The notes under the pieces: model-generated | The model's input: the letters and a program-made list of their open reading frames with translations, nothing else | Database searches by the model: none | What the model was told of the DNA's origin: nothing | Assembly: GCA_012842495.1 (NCBI GenBank) | Contig: DUSS01000017.1 | Coordinates: 251 to 64,250 of the forward strand | Source: Candidatus Fermentithermobacillaceae bacterium | GTDB lineage: Bacteria; Bacillota; Sulfobacillia; Fermentithermobacillales; DUSS01 | Direction of reading: 5' to 3' | DNA: 64,000 nt | Program-made: the position numbers and the translations under genes | Shown: one piece after another, positions 29,575 to 38,252 of the stretch | Layout of the letters: each line of letters begins with the position of its first letter | Numbering within the stretch: the stretch's first letter is position 1

Positions 29575-30259
29575 CGTGGGTATCAAAATCCTCCTAGTCG
29601 ATCCTCACGCGCTGATCAGGAAGGGAATTTCATCTCTGGCCGAAAAACTAGGTGACTTTGATGTCGTGGGCGAAGCGTCGAATGGGGAGGAAGCTCTGGA
29701 ACAGGCGAGGAAGCTTCTGCCGGACGTTGTGGTCATGGAAATCTACCTCCCGCGGTTGGATGGAATCCAGGCTGCGACATCGATAAAGAGCGAGTTTCCC
29801 GGGATAAAAGTGGTCTTTTTGACGGTATCCGAAAACGAGCAGGACCTTCTCGAGGCTGTGAGGGTAGGGGCTGACGGGTACATTTTGAAAAGCGTCGAAC
29901 CCCACGTCTTCTTCAAGATGTTGTGGGACGTCTGTCGCGGCGAACCAGCCATTTCTCCTGTGATGGCCGGAAAGATGATGCGGGCTTTAGCGCGAAGTCC
30001 CACTCAGCGGCCACCGGGTGTTCCTTTACCTGCCTTGACGGCCAGGGAAAGGGAGGTTCTGAAGCTCGTCGCCCAAGGGGCCACGAATCGCGAGATTTCC
30101 AAGGCGTTGTTTATAAGCGAGAACACGGTCAAGAACCACCTCCGCAGTATCCTCAGTAAGCTACAGTCCAAAAACAGAGCGCAAGCGGCTTCCTACGCGT
30201 TGCAACAGGGTATTATCGGCTCAGCGTCACCCTACCAGGATAGCTCTAACGAGCTATAG
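29575..30259 (+). CDS. LuxR/NarL-family response regulator (REC + LuxR HTH)
   Basis: GTG start after AAAGGAGGGAGGA. Receiver domain with LLVDPHALIRKG...VVVMEIYLPRLDG. HTH block TAREREVLKLVAQGATNREISKALFISENTVKNHL. No histidine kinase is adjacent. Confidence 0.85.
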
Positions 30260-30449
30260 GTAAATGGTTAATTTGGGCCTGTTTGATGAGAGCGCCTGGA
30301 CGGTAGTGTTATGCTGAACGTTATGCTGAACGAGCACTCATGTGAGCTGCGGGCAGCAGGCTGCTTCCAGGCGGTGCTTTTTCGAGCCCAGGTTGTGCTT
30401 GCCTTCACAAATAAAAAATATGGAGCTCCCAAAAAGAAGGTGAGATACC

Positions 30450-31505
30450 GTGGCGGTTACCAAAAGCTCACCCGTCCCCGACATGGTGGTACTGTCCGGC
30501 GAGCTATGGCAAGGGTTTCTGGAACTGGTGACGGGTCAGTACAGAGTTATTGGACCGGTACGCAGGGGTTCCGAGCACGTATTTGCCCCCATAAAAAATC
30601 CTCGCGAGATAGACATGGCCTACGTGACGACGATTCTCCCTCCCAAAAAGGTATTCCATCAACCTTTCCAGGTGCTGTTCTCATTCGATACGGAGGAAGG
30701 CACCCTGGCCGAAGCGCAATCCGGCGAGGAGAAAGTAGTATGGGGGATCCACCCCTGCGATATGCACGCCATCGCCATCCTCGACAAGGTTTACGGCGTT
30801 GAGTACCCCGACCCTTACTACCTCCGTAACAGGGAGAACACCATCATCGTGGCCAAGAACTGTACGGAAGTCGGGGAGAACTGCTTCTGCCTGTCCATGG
30901 GAACCGGCCCTGCCCTTCGGAGCGGATGCGATCTTCTTCTCACAGATCTCGGCGGGCGATATCTTGTGGAAGTCGGAACGGAGAAAGGCAGGAAGCTTCT
31001 GTCCGGTCTGGAGCTCGTGCCTGCGCCCAGAGTCGTGCTGGTGGAAAAGGAAAAGCGGCTTTCCCAGGCGAGGCAGAAGTTTAAGAAACGAATGGTTACC
31101 CAGGGGATTCAGGAACTCCTGGAGGAGAATTTCAGGCATCCCATCTGGGAGGAGCTTATGCGGGAGTGCCTTGCGTGTGGCTCATGCACCATGGTCTGCC
31201 CTACGTGCTTTTGCTACAACGTGGTGGACAAGATAGACCTCGACCTCAAAACCGGCAGGAGGCAGCGGGAATGGGATTCCTGCATGCTTCTGGAGTACGC
31301 CCAGGTAGCTTTAGGCCAGAACTTCCGGCGGGACCGGGACGCCCGGATCAAGCAGCGGATGTACCACAAACTCCTCTACTATGAGCCGCAGTTCGGGACC
31401 CTGGGCTGCGTTGGCTGCGGTCGCTGCATCGGTGCCTGTGTCAAGCGGATAGACATCACCGACGTGGTTTCGAGACTGGCGGAATCGGTGGAATCCGACA
31501 GGTAA
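30450..31505 (+). CDS. hydB: [NiFe]-hydrogenase-associated Fe-S subunit (sulfhydrogenase beta, HydB-like)
   Basis: GTG start after AAGGTGA. Cys clusters CDMHAI, CFCLSMG, CLACGSCTMVCPTCFC and CVGCGRCIGAC. First gene of a B-G-D-A order identical to the Pyrococcus sulfhydrogenase operon. Confidence 0.75.
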   Translation: MAVTKSSPVPDMVVLSGELWQGFLELVTGQYRVIGPVRRGSEHVFAPIKNPREIDMAYVTTILPPKKVFHQPFQVLFSFDTEEGTLAEAQSGEEKVVWGIHPCDMHAIAILDKVYGVEYPDPYYLRNRENTIIVAKNCTEVGENCFCLSMGTGPALRSGCDLLLTDLGGRYLVEVGTEKGRKLLSGLELVPAPRVVLVEKEKRLSQARQKFKKRMVTQGIQELLEENFRHPIWEELMRECLACGSCTMVCPTCFCYNVVDKIDLDLKTGRRQREWDSCMLLEYAQVALGQNFRRDRDARIKQRMYHKLLYYEPQFGTLGCVGCGRCIGACVKRIDITDVVSRLAESVESDR

Positions 31506-31528
31506 ATACGAAAGCCGGGGGGAGAGAG

Positions 31529-32374
31529 ATGATCAACCCGTTTAAGCCCGAAATCGCCGTGATCACCGAGGTTGTCAAGGAGACCTCCGACACCACAACC
31601 TATACGTTCCGCTTTAAGGAAGAAGAAACGAGGGAGACCTGGGGTTTTGAAGCGGGTCAGTTTAACATGATCACAGTCTTCGGCATCGGCGAGGCGCCGA
31701 TTTCCATAAGCTCGGGTCCCAGCGACACCGGTTTCTTCCAACACACCGTGAGACATGTGGGAAACGTGACCAACGCCCTGGCGAAGAAAAAGCCCGGGGA
31801 CGTCGTGGGAATCCGCGGGGCATATGGGACCGGGTGGCCGCTCCACCACTTGTACGGTCGAAATCTCCTGATAGTCGCCGGAGGAATTGGGCTTGCTCCC
31901 CTTCGACCCGTGATCCGGGAAGTAATGGGGCAGCGGGACAGGTTCAAAGAAGTGGAGGTCCTCTACGGTGCCCGCACTCCCGGAGATATGCTCTTCGTCA
32001 GAGAATTTCCCGAGTGGTCGGAGTACGTGAAGCTGAGACTTGCCGTGGACATGGTCCCTTCCGGGGTCAAGTGGGACCACAAAGTGGGCGTTGTTACCAC
32101 CCTCTTTTCCGAGATGTCCAGTCAGCCCAGCAATACCGTGGTCCTGACCTGTGGTCCGGAGATCATGATGAAGTTCGTGGTACGCGGGCTCCTGCATATG
32201 GGCTTCTCTCCCGACCGCATCTACGTCTCTATGGAACGCCGGATGCACTGCGGAGTGGGCAAGTGCGGGAGGTGCCAGATCGGTCCCAGGTTTACATGCA
32301 AGGACGGCCCAGTATTTGCGTACGAGGAGCTGGCGGCGCTTCCCGAAGAAGTGTTGGGAGGTGTTGGCAGGTGA
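31529..32374 (+). CDS. hydG: Hydrogenase gamma subunit: FAD/NAD(P)-binding oxidoreductase with C-terminal 2Fe-2S (HydG / sulfide dehydrogenase-like)
   Basis: Ferredoxin-NADP reductase-like fold (GIGLAPLRPV block). C-terminal RMHCGVGKCGRCQIGPRFTCKDGPVF cluster motif. Confidence 0.8.
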   Translation: MINPFKPEIAVITEVVKETSDTTTYTFRFKEEETRETWGFEAGQFNMITVFGIGEAPISISSGPSDTGFFQHTVRHVGNVTNALAKKKPGDVVGIRGAYGTGWPLHHLYGRNLLIVAGGIGLAPLRPVIREVMGQRDRFKEVEVLYGARTPGDMLFVREFPEWSEYVKLRLAVDMVPSGVKWDHKVGVVTTLFSEMSSQPSNTVVLTCGPEIMMKFVVRGLLHMGFSPDRIYVSMERRMHCGVGKCGRCQIGPRFTCKDGPVFAYEELAALPEEVLGGVGR

Positions 32375-33135
32375 GCACCAAGCCTAAAGTAAGCGTGTAC
32401 AAGTTGAGTTCTTGCGCCGGGTGCCAGCTGGAGTTTTTAAACCTCGAACCCGTGCTCCTGGATCTCGTGGGAGCTATAGAATTCAGCTATTTCCCGATGG
32501 CGCGGAGACGGTACGAACCCGGGCCGTACGACATAGGGTTCGTCGAAGGGGCCGTCACGTGCGGCGAAGAGATCGAAAGGCTTAAGAAGGCCAGGCAAGA
32601 ATGTCGAGTCCTGGTCGCCCTGGGATCGTGTGCGTGCTACGGAGGTTTGCCTTCGATTAAGAACTGGACGCCGGAGCGGGTGATTGTCTCTCGCGTTTAC
32701 GAGAACCCCGCGCTGGTGCACTCCATCAAAGCTTATGGAATAGACGAGTATGTGCAGGTTGATGCATATCTCAAAGGATGCCCTGTAAACAAGGATGAAC
32801 TCGTGGAGTTCATAAAGGGAACCCTTTTAGGTATCAGACCCCGTCTGAGACCGCACAGCGTGTGTGTGGAATGCAAGCTTAACGAGTACGAGTGCATCTC
32901 CGTGATCAAGCGGGAACCTTGTATGGGACCCGTGACAACCGCGGGGTGTGGCGCCCTATGTCCCTCCCGGGGCAAGGCGTGCGACGGATGCCGGGGGCCA
33001 GCCAACGATGCCAATGCCGAGTCGCTCGCCCGAACGTTTTCCGAGTACGGGCTTCACAGGAGCGACATCGTCCGGCGGTTCCGAAAGTTCGCCGGGCTCA
33101 CTCAGGAGTTCTCTAGAGGAGCTGACGCCGTATGA
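32371..33135 (+). CDS. hydD: [NiFe]-hydrogenase small (delta) subunit
   Basis: GTG at 32371 overlaps the hydG stop (GTGA). KVSVYKLSSCAGCQ and ALGSCACYGG proximal-cluster cysteines. Nuo 20-kDa-like fold. Further C-terminal CxxC motifs. Confidence 0.8.
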   Translation: MSTKPKVSVYKLSSCAGCQLEFLNLEPVLLDLVGAIEFSYFPMARRRYEPGPYDIGFVEGAVTCGEEIERLKKARQECRVLVALGSCACYGGLPSIKNWTPERVIVSRVYENPALVHSIKAYGIDEYVQVDAYLKGCPVNKDELVEFIKGTLLGIRPRLRPHSVCVECKLNEYECISVIKREPCMGPVTTAGCGALCPSRGKACDGCRGPANDANAESLARTFSEYGLHRSDIVRRFRKFAGLTQEFSRGADAV

Positions 33136-34421
33136 CCGCAGGGGATATCAAAGTTGACTACCTGGCCAGGGTCGAGGGAGAAGGGGCTCTGGACATAAGG
33201 GTCAAAGACGGGGAGATCGTGGATCTGAAGCTCAGGATATTCGAGCCACCCCGGTTCTTTCAGGGATTTCTCGCCGGGCGGAAGTACGACGAGGTCCCGG
33301 GAATCGTTTCGCGTATCTGCGGGATTTGTCCGGTCTCCCACCAGATCACGTCCATCCAGGCTCTGGAGGATGCTTTCGGGATAAGGCCGAGTTTGCAGAC
33401 GAAGAGACTGAGGAAGCTCCTGGCGCTCAGCCAGTGGATTCAGAGCCACACGTTGCATATCTATATGCTCGCTCTTCCCGATTTTCTGGGATACGAAAGC
33501 GTACTGGCCATGGCCCAGGACCATATGGACGCGGTGAAAAGGGCGCTGAGATTGAAGAGGCTGGGTAACGACCTTACCGTGCTTCTGGGTGGTCGCGAGG
33601 TTCATCCCGTCACCGCAACGATCAATGGTTTTACGAGCCTTCCCCCCGTCGAGGAATTGCGCGCCATCCAGAGGCGCCTGGAGGATGCTCTCGACGATGC
33701 CGTGGAGACCGTGCGGTTGTGCGCTTCCCTGGAAGTCCCGGACTTTTCGTGGGATGCCGAGCACGTCGCCTTGAGGAGCGAAGAAGGATACGCCATAAAC
33801 GAGGGAAGGCTTGTCTCCACAAAGGGGCTGGATATCCCCGCGTGGGAGTACAGGAGTCATATCAAAGAAAAGCAAATTCCGCACTCCAACGCGCTTCATT
33901 CGTATATCGAGGGGCGTGGCTCTTTCCTTGTCGGCCCTCTGGCGAGGGTCAACCTGAACGCTGACAAGTTGTCCCCCCGGGCCAGGGAGGCTATGAAGGC
34001 GTCGGGCGTTCGGTTCCCCAGTTTCAACCCGTTCCACAGCGCGCTGGCTAGAGCTATTGAGGTGGTCCACGCCATAGAGGAGTCCATACGGGTCATCGAC
34101 GACCTCGACGTGCTGATTCCCGAGGACAACGGGTACGCCATAAAACCGGGGCAGGGTTTCGCGATCACCGAGGCGCCTCGTGGGGTCTTGTACCACAGTT
34201 ACAGGGTGAGCGACCAGGGGCTAATAGAGGCGGCGGACATAGTCTCTCCCACGGCTCACAATGTAAACAATATGGAGGAGGACCTCCGCAGGTTCGTCCC
34301 CAGGGTGCTAGACTTGCCTCATGATGAAGCCACCCTGAAATGCGAGATGGTGGTCCGCAATTACGACCCGTGTATCTCCTGCTCTGTGCATTTCCTCAAG
34401 CTCAACATCGTGAGGGAGTGA
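33132..34421 (+). CDS. hydA: [NiFe]-hydrogenase large (alpha) subunit, group 3-type
   Basis: N-terminal Ni-binding RICGICPVSH (RxCGxCxxxH) and C-terminal DPCISCSVH (DPCxxCxxH). The ATG overlaps the small-subunit stop. Confidence 0.9.
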   Translation: MTAGDIKVDYLARVEGEGALDIRVKDGEIVDLKLRIFEPPRFFQGFLAGRKYDEVPGIVSRICGICPVSHQITSIQALEDAFGIRPSLQTKRLRKLLALSQWIQSHTLHIYMLALPDFLGYESVLAMAQDHMDAVKRALRLKRLGNDLTVLLGGREVHPVTATINGFTSLPPVEELRAIQRRLEDALDDAVETVRLCASLEVPDFSWDAEHVALRSEEGYAINEGRLVSTKGLDIPAWEYRSHIKEKQIPHSNALHSYIEGRGSFLVGPLARVNLNADKLSPRAREAMKASGVRFPSFNPFHSALARAIEVVHAIEESIRVIDDLDVLIPEDNGYAIKPGQGFAITEAPRGVLYHSYRVSDQGLIEAADIVSPTAHNVNNMEEDLRRFVPRVLDLPHDEATLKCEMVVRNYDPCISCSVHFLKLNIVRE

Positions 34422-34522
34422 CGAGTAGGAGAAACGAAGTCCGGCGCGAGATGAAGGTGGCGCTCACGCGTGGGATGAAGACATAGCTGAACGTCGAAGG
34501 CGCAGGGAACGGGATAGCGCAG

Positions 34523-35023
34523 ATGGCACGAGACATGGTCAAGAACGTGGTCATCGTATGCTGCGGGAATCCGCTCGCCGGAGACGACGGGGTGGGCTCC
34601 AGGATTGCCAGGGGTCTCGAACGGGCGTTGCGTGAAGGGCATGTATGCGGGGAAAACGTGCTCCTGGTGGATGCGGGAACTCCGGGACTGGGGCTCATCG
34701 ATGTGATAAGGGGCAAGGATCTGGCCATCGTGGTGGACGGGGTTAAGTCGGGCTCCGCACCCGGAACGGTCATCACAGGGCGGGTAGAAGAGACCATCCC
34801 GAAGATCAGGCGGGGATGGTCTCTGCACAGCTTGGGAGTTCCAGAAGCCCTCGAACTGGGTCGCCTCGTCGAACCAGACGATATGCCCCGGGACATCCTC
34901 TTTGTCGGCGTGGAAGTAGGTGATGCTGCTCCGGGTAAAGTGGGACTGACCCCGCCGGTGGAATCTGCCGTTCCTCAAGCGGTAGAGGAAATCATCCGGC
35001 TGATCAATGAAAATGCAGTGTGA
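34523..35023 (+). CDS. Hydrogenase maturation endopeptidase (HycI/HybD family)
   Basis: VIVCCGNPLAGDDGVGSRIA...LVDAGTPGLGLIDVIRG...AIVVDGV motif pattern. 166 aa, directly downstream of the large subunit. Confidence 0.8.
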   Translation: MARDMVKNVVIVCCGNPLAGDDGVGSRIARGLERALREGHVCGENVLLVDAGTPGLGLIDVIRGKDLAIVVDGVKSGSAPGTVITGRVEETIPKIRRGWSLHSLGVPEALELGRLVEPDDMPRDILFVGVEVGDAAPGKVGLTPPVESAVPQAVEEIIRLINENAV

Positions 35024-35134
35024 CGCTTCATCCGCGATAAGACATGCGGTACGCCCCAGGGAAAGCCCGGATCGCCCGACCACCCTGGATGTCTCTGGAG
35101 TGTTGCGCGGGCAGAGCGCGGTGGACGAGAAACC

Positions 35135-36196
35135 CTATTCGCTTAACACGTATGCCGCTACAAGCCTGGCCGTCGCGAGCAGGCCCTCCTTGTGAGTTCG
35201 CTCGTGGGAATGGGAAGCGTCCACGCCCGGACCTATGCAAGCGCACCTCACATCGTGGCCCGACCTGAGCACGGCACCGGCATCGGACCCGTAGTACGGG
35301 AAGACGTCCACCACATACGGGATGTTGTACTTCTCGCACAGGTCTTCGAGGTACTTTCGGAGCTCGTAGTCGTAGGGTCCGCCCCCGTCCTTGGCGCAGA
35401 TAGAAACCGTATATTCGCTCCCCAGCAGCCCGTCGCCCACGCACCCCATATCCACCGCGACGAACTCTCTGGCCGTTTCCGGGATGCCGAAGGACGCGCC
35501 GTGACCCACTTCCTCGTAGTTGCTGATGAAAAAGTGGGTCGTGTACGCGGGCGCGAGCTTTTTATCCGCCAGGTACTTGGCACATCCAAGTAAGACCGCG
35601 ACCGAAGCTTTGTCATCCAGGTGCCTTGACTTGACGAACCCGGACGGCGTTACCTCGGTCCGCGGGTCGAACACGACGAAGTCGCCCGGTCGGATGCCCA
35701 GGCTCATGACGTCTTCTTTGTTCTTGACTTTCTCGTCGATGCGCACTTCCATATTGTCGGCGTTGCGCTCGATTTTGCCCGTTTCTTGACCCCACACGTG
35801 GGAAGCTGCCTTGGTCACCAGAACCGTTCCCGTATATCTCCTGCCGTTGCTGGCCTTGATGAGCACGTGCTCGCCTTCGAGGCTGGGCCAGGGAGATCCA
35901 CCGATGAGACTCAGCTTCAGCCTGCCGTTGCTTTTCACCTCGAAGACCATCGCGCCCAACGTATCCACGTGGGCCGACAGAGCCCGCTCGTTGCCCTCCT
36001 TCCTGCCGGGGATGGTTACGAGAAGAGCTCCTTTATTCGTGACGGTGGGCTTGTACCCCAGCTGTTCGAACTGGGCCTTGACCCATTCCACCGCTTCCTT
36101 CGTATCCCCGCTGGGGCTTGGGATTTTGCAGAGAGTTACTAATTTATCTGTAATGTATTCGATGTCGGGGATGTTGGGGGTAACATTGATGCCCAT
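35135..36196 (-). CDS. M42 family aminopeptidase (TET/FrvX/YsdC-like)
   Basis: MGINVTPNIPDIEY start. SAHVDTLG metal site, DDKASVAVLL, and C-terminal GPGVDASHSHERTHKEG block typical of M42. Confidence 0.8.
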   Translation of the reverse strand: MGINVTPNIPDIEYITDKLVTLCKIPSPSGDTKEAVEWVKAQFEQLGYKPTVTNKGALLVTIPGRKEGNERALSAHVDTLGAMVFEVKSNGRLKLSLIGGSPWPSLEGEHVLIKASNGRRYTGTVLVTKAASHVWGQETGKIERNADNMEVRIDEKVKNKEDVMSLGIRPGDFVVFDPRTEVTPSGFVKSRHLDDKASVAVLLGCAKYLADKKLAPAYTTHFFISNYEEVGHGASFGIPETAREFVAVDMGCVGDGLLGSEYTVSICAKDGGGPYDYELRKYLEDLCEKYNIPYVVDVFPYYGSDAGAVLRSGHDVRCACIGPGVDASHSHERTHKEGLLATARLVAAYVLSE

Positions 36197-36401
36197 AAAA
36201 TGACCTCCTTGATAAAGCCGACACACATAATGGCTTGGTGGCGAGCTTAGCCCACAGTCCTTTTCTTGAAAGACCGGTTGAACTCCTTCACTTCGCACGG
36301 CGAAAAGATGAGGTAAGTTATTCTGTCACCTCCATACGCTACACCGCATAGATGGGATTAGTAGCAACATCCCAACGCCGGAGTGAAGGAGGCGATCATC
36401 G

Positions 36402-36641
36402 GTGAGCACTACTGCTGGCCAGAGTAAGCCGACCGCCATCCCGGATTTGTTCTTCTACGACGCAGTATTTCTTCAGCACCTGAGGCAAGCTATCGGGTCC
36501 AGAATCGAGGTGGGCCTGTCCAGCGGGATGGTTTTAACTGGTACTTTGCGGGAAGTCTATACAGACCATATCCTTCTTGACATCGACCAGAGACGGTTTC
36601 ACGTGCGGCTTGCAGGCATAGTATTCTTCGCACCCGTCTAG
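36402..36641 (+). CDS. Small hypothetical protein (79 aa)
   Basis: A compact, non-repetitive ORF lying just upstream of the Fur-family operator and gene at 36779-37289. No confident family assignment. Confidence 0.35.
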   Translation: MSTTAGQSKPTAIPDLFFYDAVFLQHLRQAIGSRIEVGLSSGMVLTGTLREVYTDHILLDIDQRRFHVRLAGIVFFAPV

Positions 36642-36778
36642 CTTCCGCGGGAAGGGGTCCATCGCTGACCCGGTGGCCCCTTCCGCCTCCGTTCGTCTTA
36701 CCGCACTGTCCTACGCCGTGTGAACTTGCCCACCCACGGGCTTGGCTTGAGGGTACTAAATCAAACAAGGATGAGAAC

Positions 36779-36810
36779 GATTATCGCGTGATAAATGTTA
36801 TAAGATAAAG
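36779..36810. promoter_or_regulatory. AT-rich Fur-family-like operator (GATTATCgcgtGATAAAT-gttATAAGATAAAG) upstream of the Fur-family gene; probable autoregulation
   Basis: ATTATC/GATAAT-type hexamer repeats in an otherwise GC-rich region, 20-50 nt upstream of the GTG start at 36831. Confidence 0.3.
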
Positions 36811-36830
36811 GTTAAGGGAGCTGACTGTAA

Positions 36831-37289
36831 GTGGACACAATCGTAAAAAAGCTGAGAGACGCAGGGCTTAAAGTAACGCCTCAGCGGCTTGCCATATACA
36901 AAATGCTTCTGAGCACAAAGGGCCATCCTACCGCCGATGAGATTTGCAGGACGGTCAAGGAGTCTATTCCTGGCCTGAGCTTCAACACCGTTTACAAGAC
37001 GCTCCTGAGCCTGGAAGAAAAGGGCCTGGTTCAGCGGCTTGACGTTGGACAGGACTGCGACAGGTTCGATGCCAACACCCGGTCCCACGTGCACCTGGTT
37101 TGTCTCAACTGCGGCAAGGTGAGCGACTTTGGCGACGACACTCCCGCGTGCGTGGCCGACCTTACTGGCAGGATAAAGCGGGAAAGTGACTGGGATATCC
37201 GTACGGCATCCTTCGCTGCCTACGGTTACTGCCCGGAATGCCGGGGGACGGGCGGAACAGAGCTGACCCCTGGCGCCTCCCGGGCTTAG
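36831..37289 (+). CDS. Fur family transcriptional regulator (Fur/PerR/Zur)
   Basis: KVTPQRLAIYKML winged helix. HVHLVCLNCGKV (HxHxxCxxC) and C-terminal CPECRG structural Zn site. Confidence 0.85.
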   Translation: MDTIVKKLRDAGLKVTPQRLAIYKMLLSTKGHPTADEICRTVKESIPGLSFNTVYKTLLSLEEKGLVQRLDVGQDCDRFDANTRSHVHLVCLNCGKVSDFGDDTPACVADLTGRIKRESDWDIRTASFAAYGYCPECRGTGGTELTPGASRA

Positions 37290-37301
37290 CGGGGGCTCAC
37301 C

Positions 37302-37940
37302 TCACCGGCGTTCGGGTGGACGGAAGAAGGTTACACGTTGGAAAAGTTTTCTCCACGGGGAACGGATGTCCCGGTCCAGGTTACGTGATTGCCACAGAAC
37401 ATCGCTCCTGATAAGCGGATCTGTTACCAGTATCCTCCAAGCTTCCAGGACCCTTTGGCGGAATTCATCTCGCAACGGATATTTCCGGGGATATCTTACC
37501 AGCGGGCAGAGAAAAGGCCCGTTGAGAACATCTAACCGGACGGTGAGGTTTCCCCGGAGATCGATGTAGGGCATCAGGGGGAAAGTCCGGCACTGAACCG
37601 GTCTTTTTTCTCTCGGGCAATTTGAATTGCATTCCACGAACGCCACGTAACCTTTCCAGTCGGGCGGAAAGTCCTGATCCTCCGCCCGCTTGAGGCTCCA
37701 CTTCAGCCACGGTTCCTGTCCGGTAAACAGTTTTTCCTCACCGGGGAGGAGGTACATGCCTACGCCGGGTTGATACTCCTGGCAGCAGCGCTTTCCGCAA
37801 AGATCGCCGCAGTCGAATTCCAACGGCGACGTATCCAGGAGGCTGTAGACGTATCTATAATCGTCGTCGCTGAAAATGGACTTAATCATGTTCGGGTGGC
37901 TCAATTCGGTCTCACTCATCTGAACCTGCTCCGGTTCCAC
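37302..37940 (-). CDS. Cysteine-rich hypothetical protein (YkgJ/COG0727-like putative Zn/Fe-S protein)
   Basis: FDCGDLCGKRCCQEY cluster near the N-terminus plus further CNSNCP and CPLVRYP cysteines. Convergent with the Fur-family gene. Confidence 0.45.
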   Translation of the reverse strand: MEPEQVQMSETELSHPNMIKSIFSDDDYRYVYSLLDTSPLEFDCGDLCGKRCCQEYQPGVGMYLLPGEEKLFTGQEPWLKWSLKRAEDQDFPPDWKGYVAFVECNSNCPREKRPVQCRTFPLMPYIDLRGNLTVRLDVLNGPFLCPLVRYPRKYPLRDEFRQRVLEAWRILVTDPLIRSDVLWQSRNLDRDIRSPWRKLFQRVTFFRPPERR

Positions 37941-38252
37941 ATACCTTCAGCGCGGTCGCAATGCCCGTGCTCCTGTCCAGAGCACCAGTATGCTGCCCGT
38001 TTTGTATCAGCACGGACGTTACGGATATCACTTCCACCGCAAAACGTAGTAATATGTGTTCGAGGCAATATTCTTTAGGTTTTGGAATGGCGGTTGCCAG
38101 ACAACCTGGATGTGCATCGCTCGAACTCAGGAAGTTCCACGAATTGCCTCGTCAAGGTCGATATTACCATGCTTTGGGTTTAGCCACAACGAGCTGCGGT
38201 CCGGTGGACAGCACGGACGACGCAGCGTGTTTCGGGGACCGGTGCGGCGTGG

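Noticed and set aside
31379-32248. 289-aa minus-strand ORF
   Set aside because: Antisense to the hydG-like gamma subunit gene. No motifs.
33102-34196. 364-aa minus-strand ORF
   Set aside because: Antisense to the [NiFe]-hydrogenase large subunit, whose Ni-binding motifs are unambiguous.
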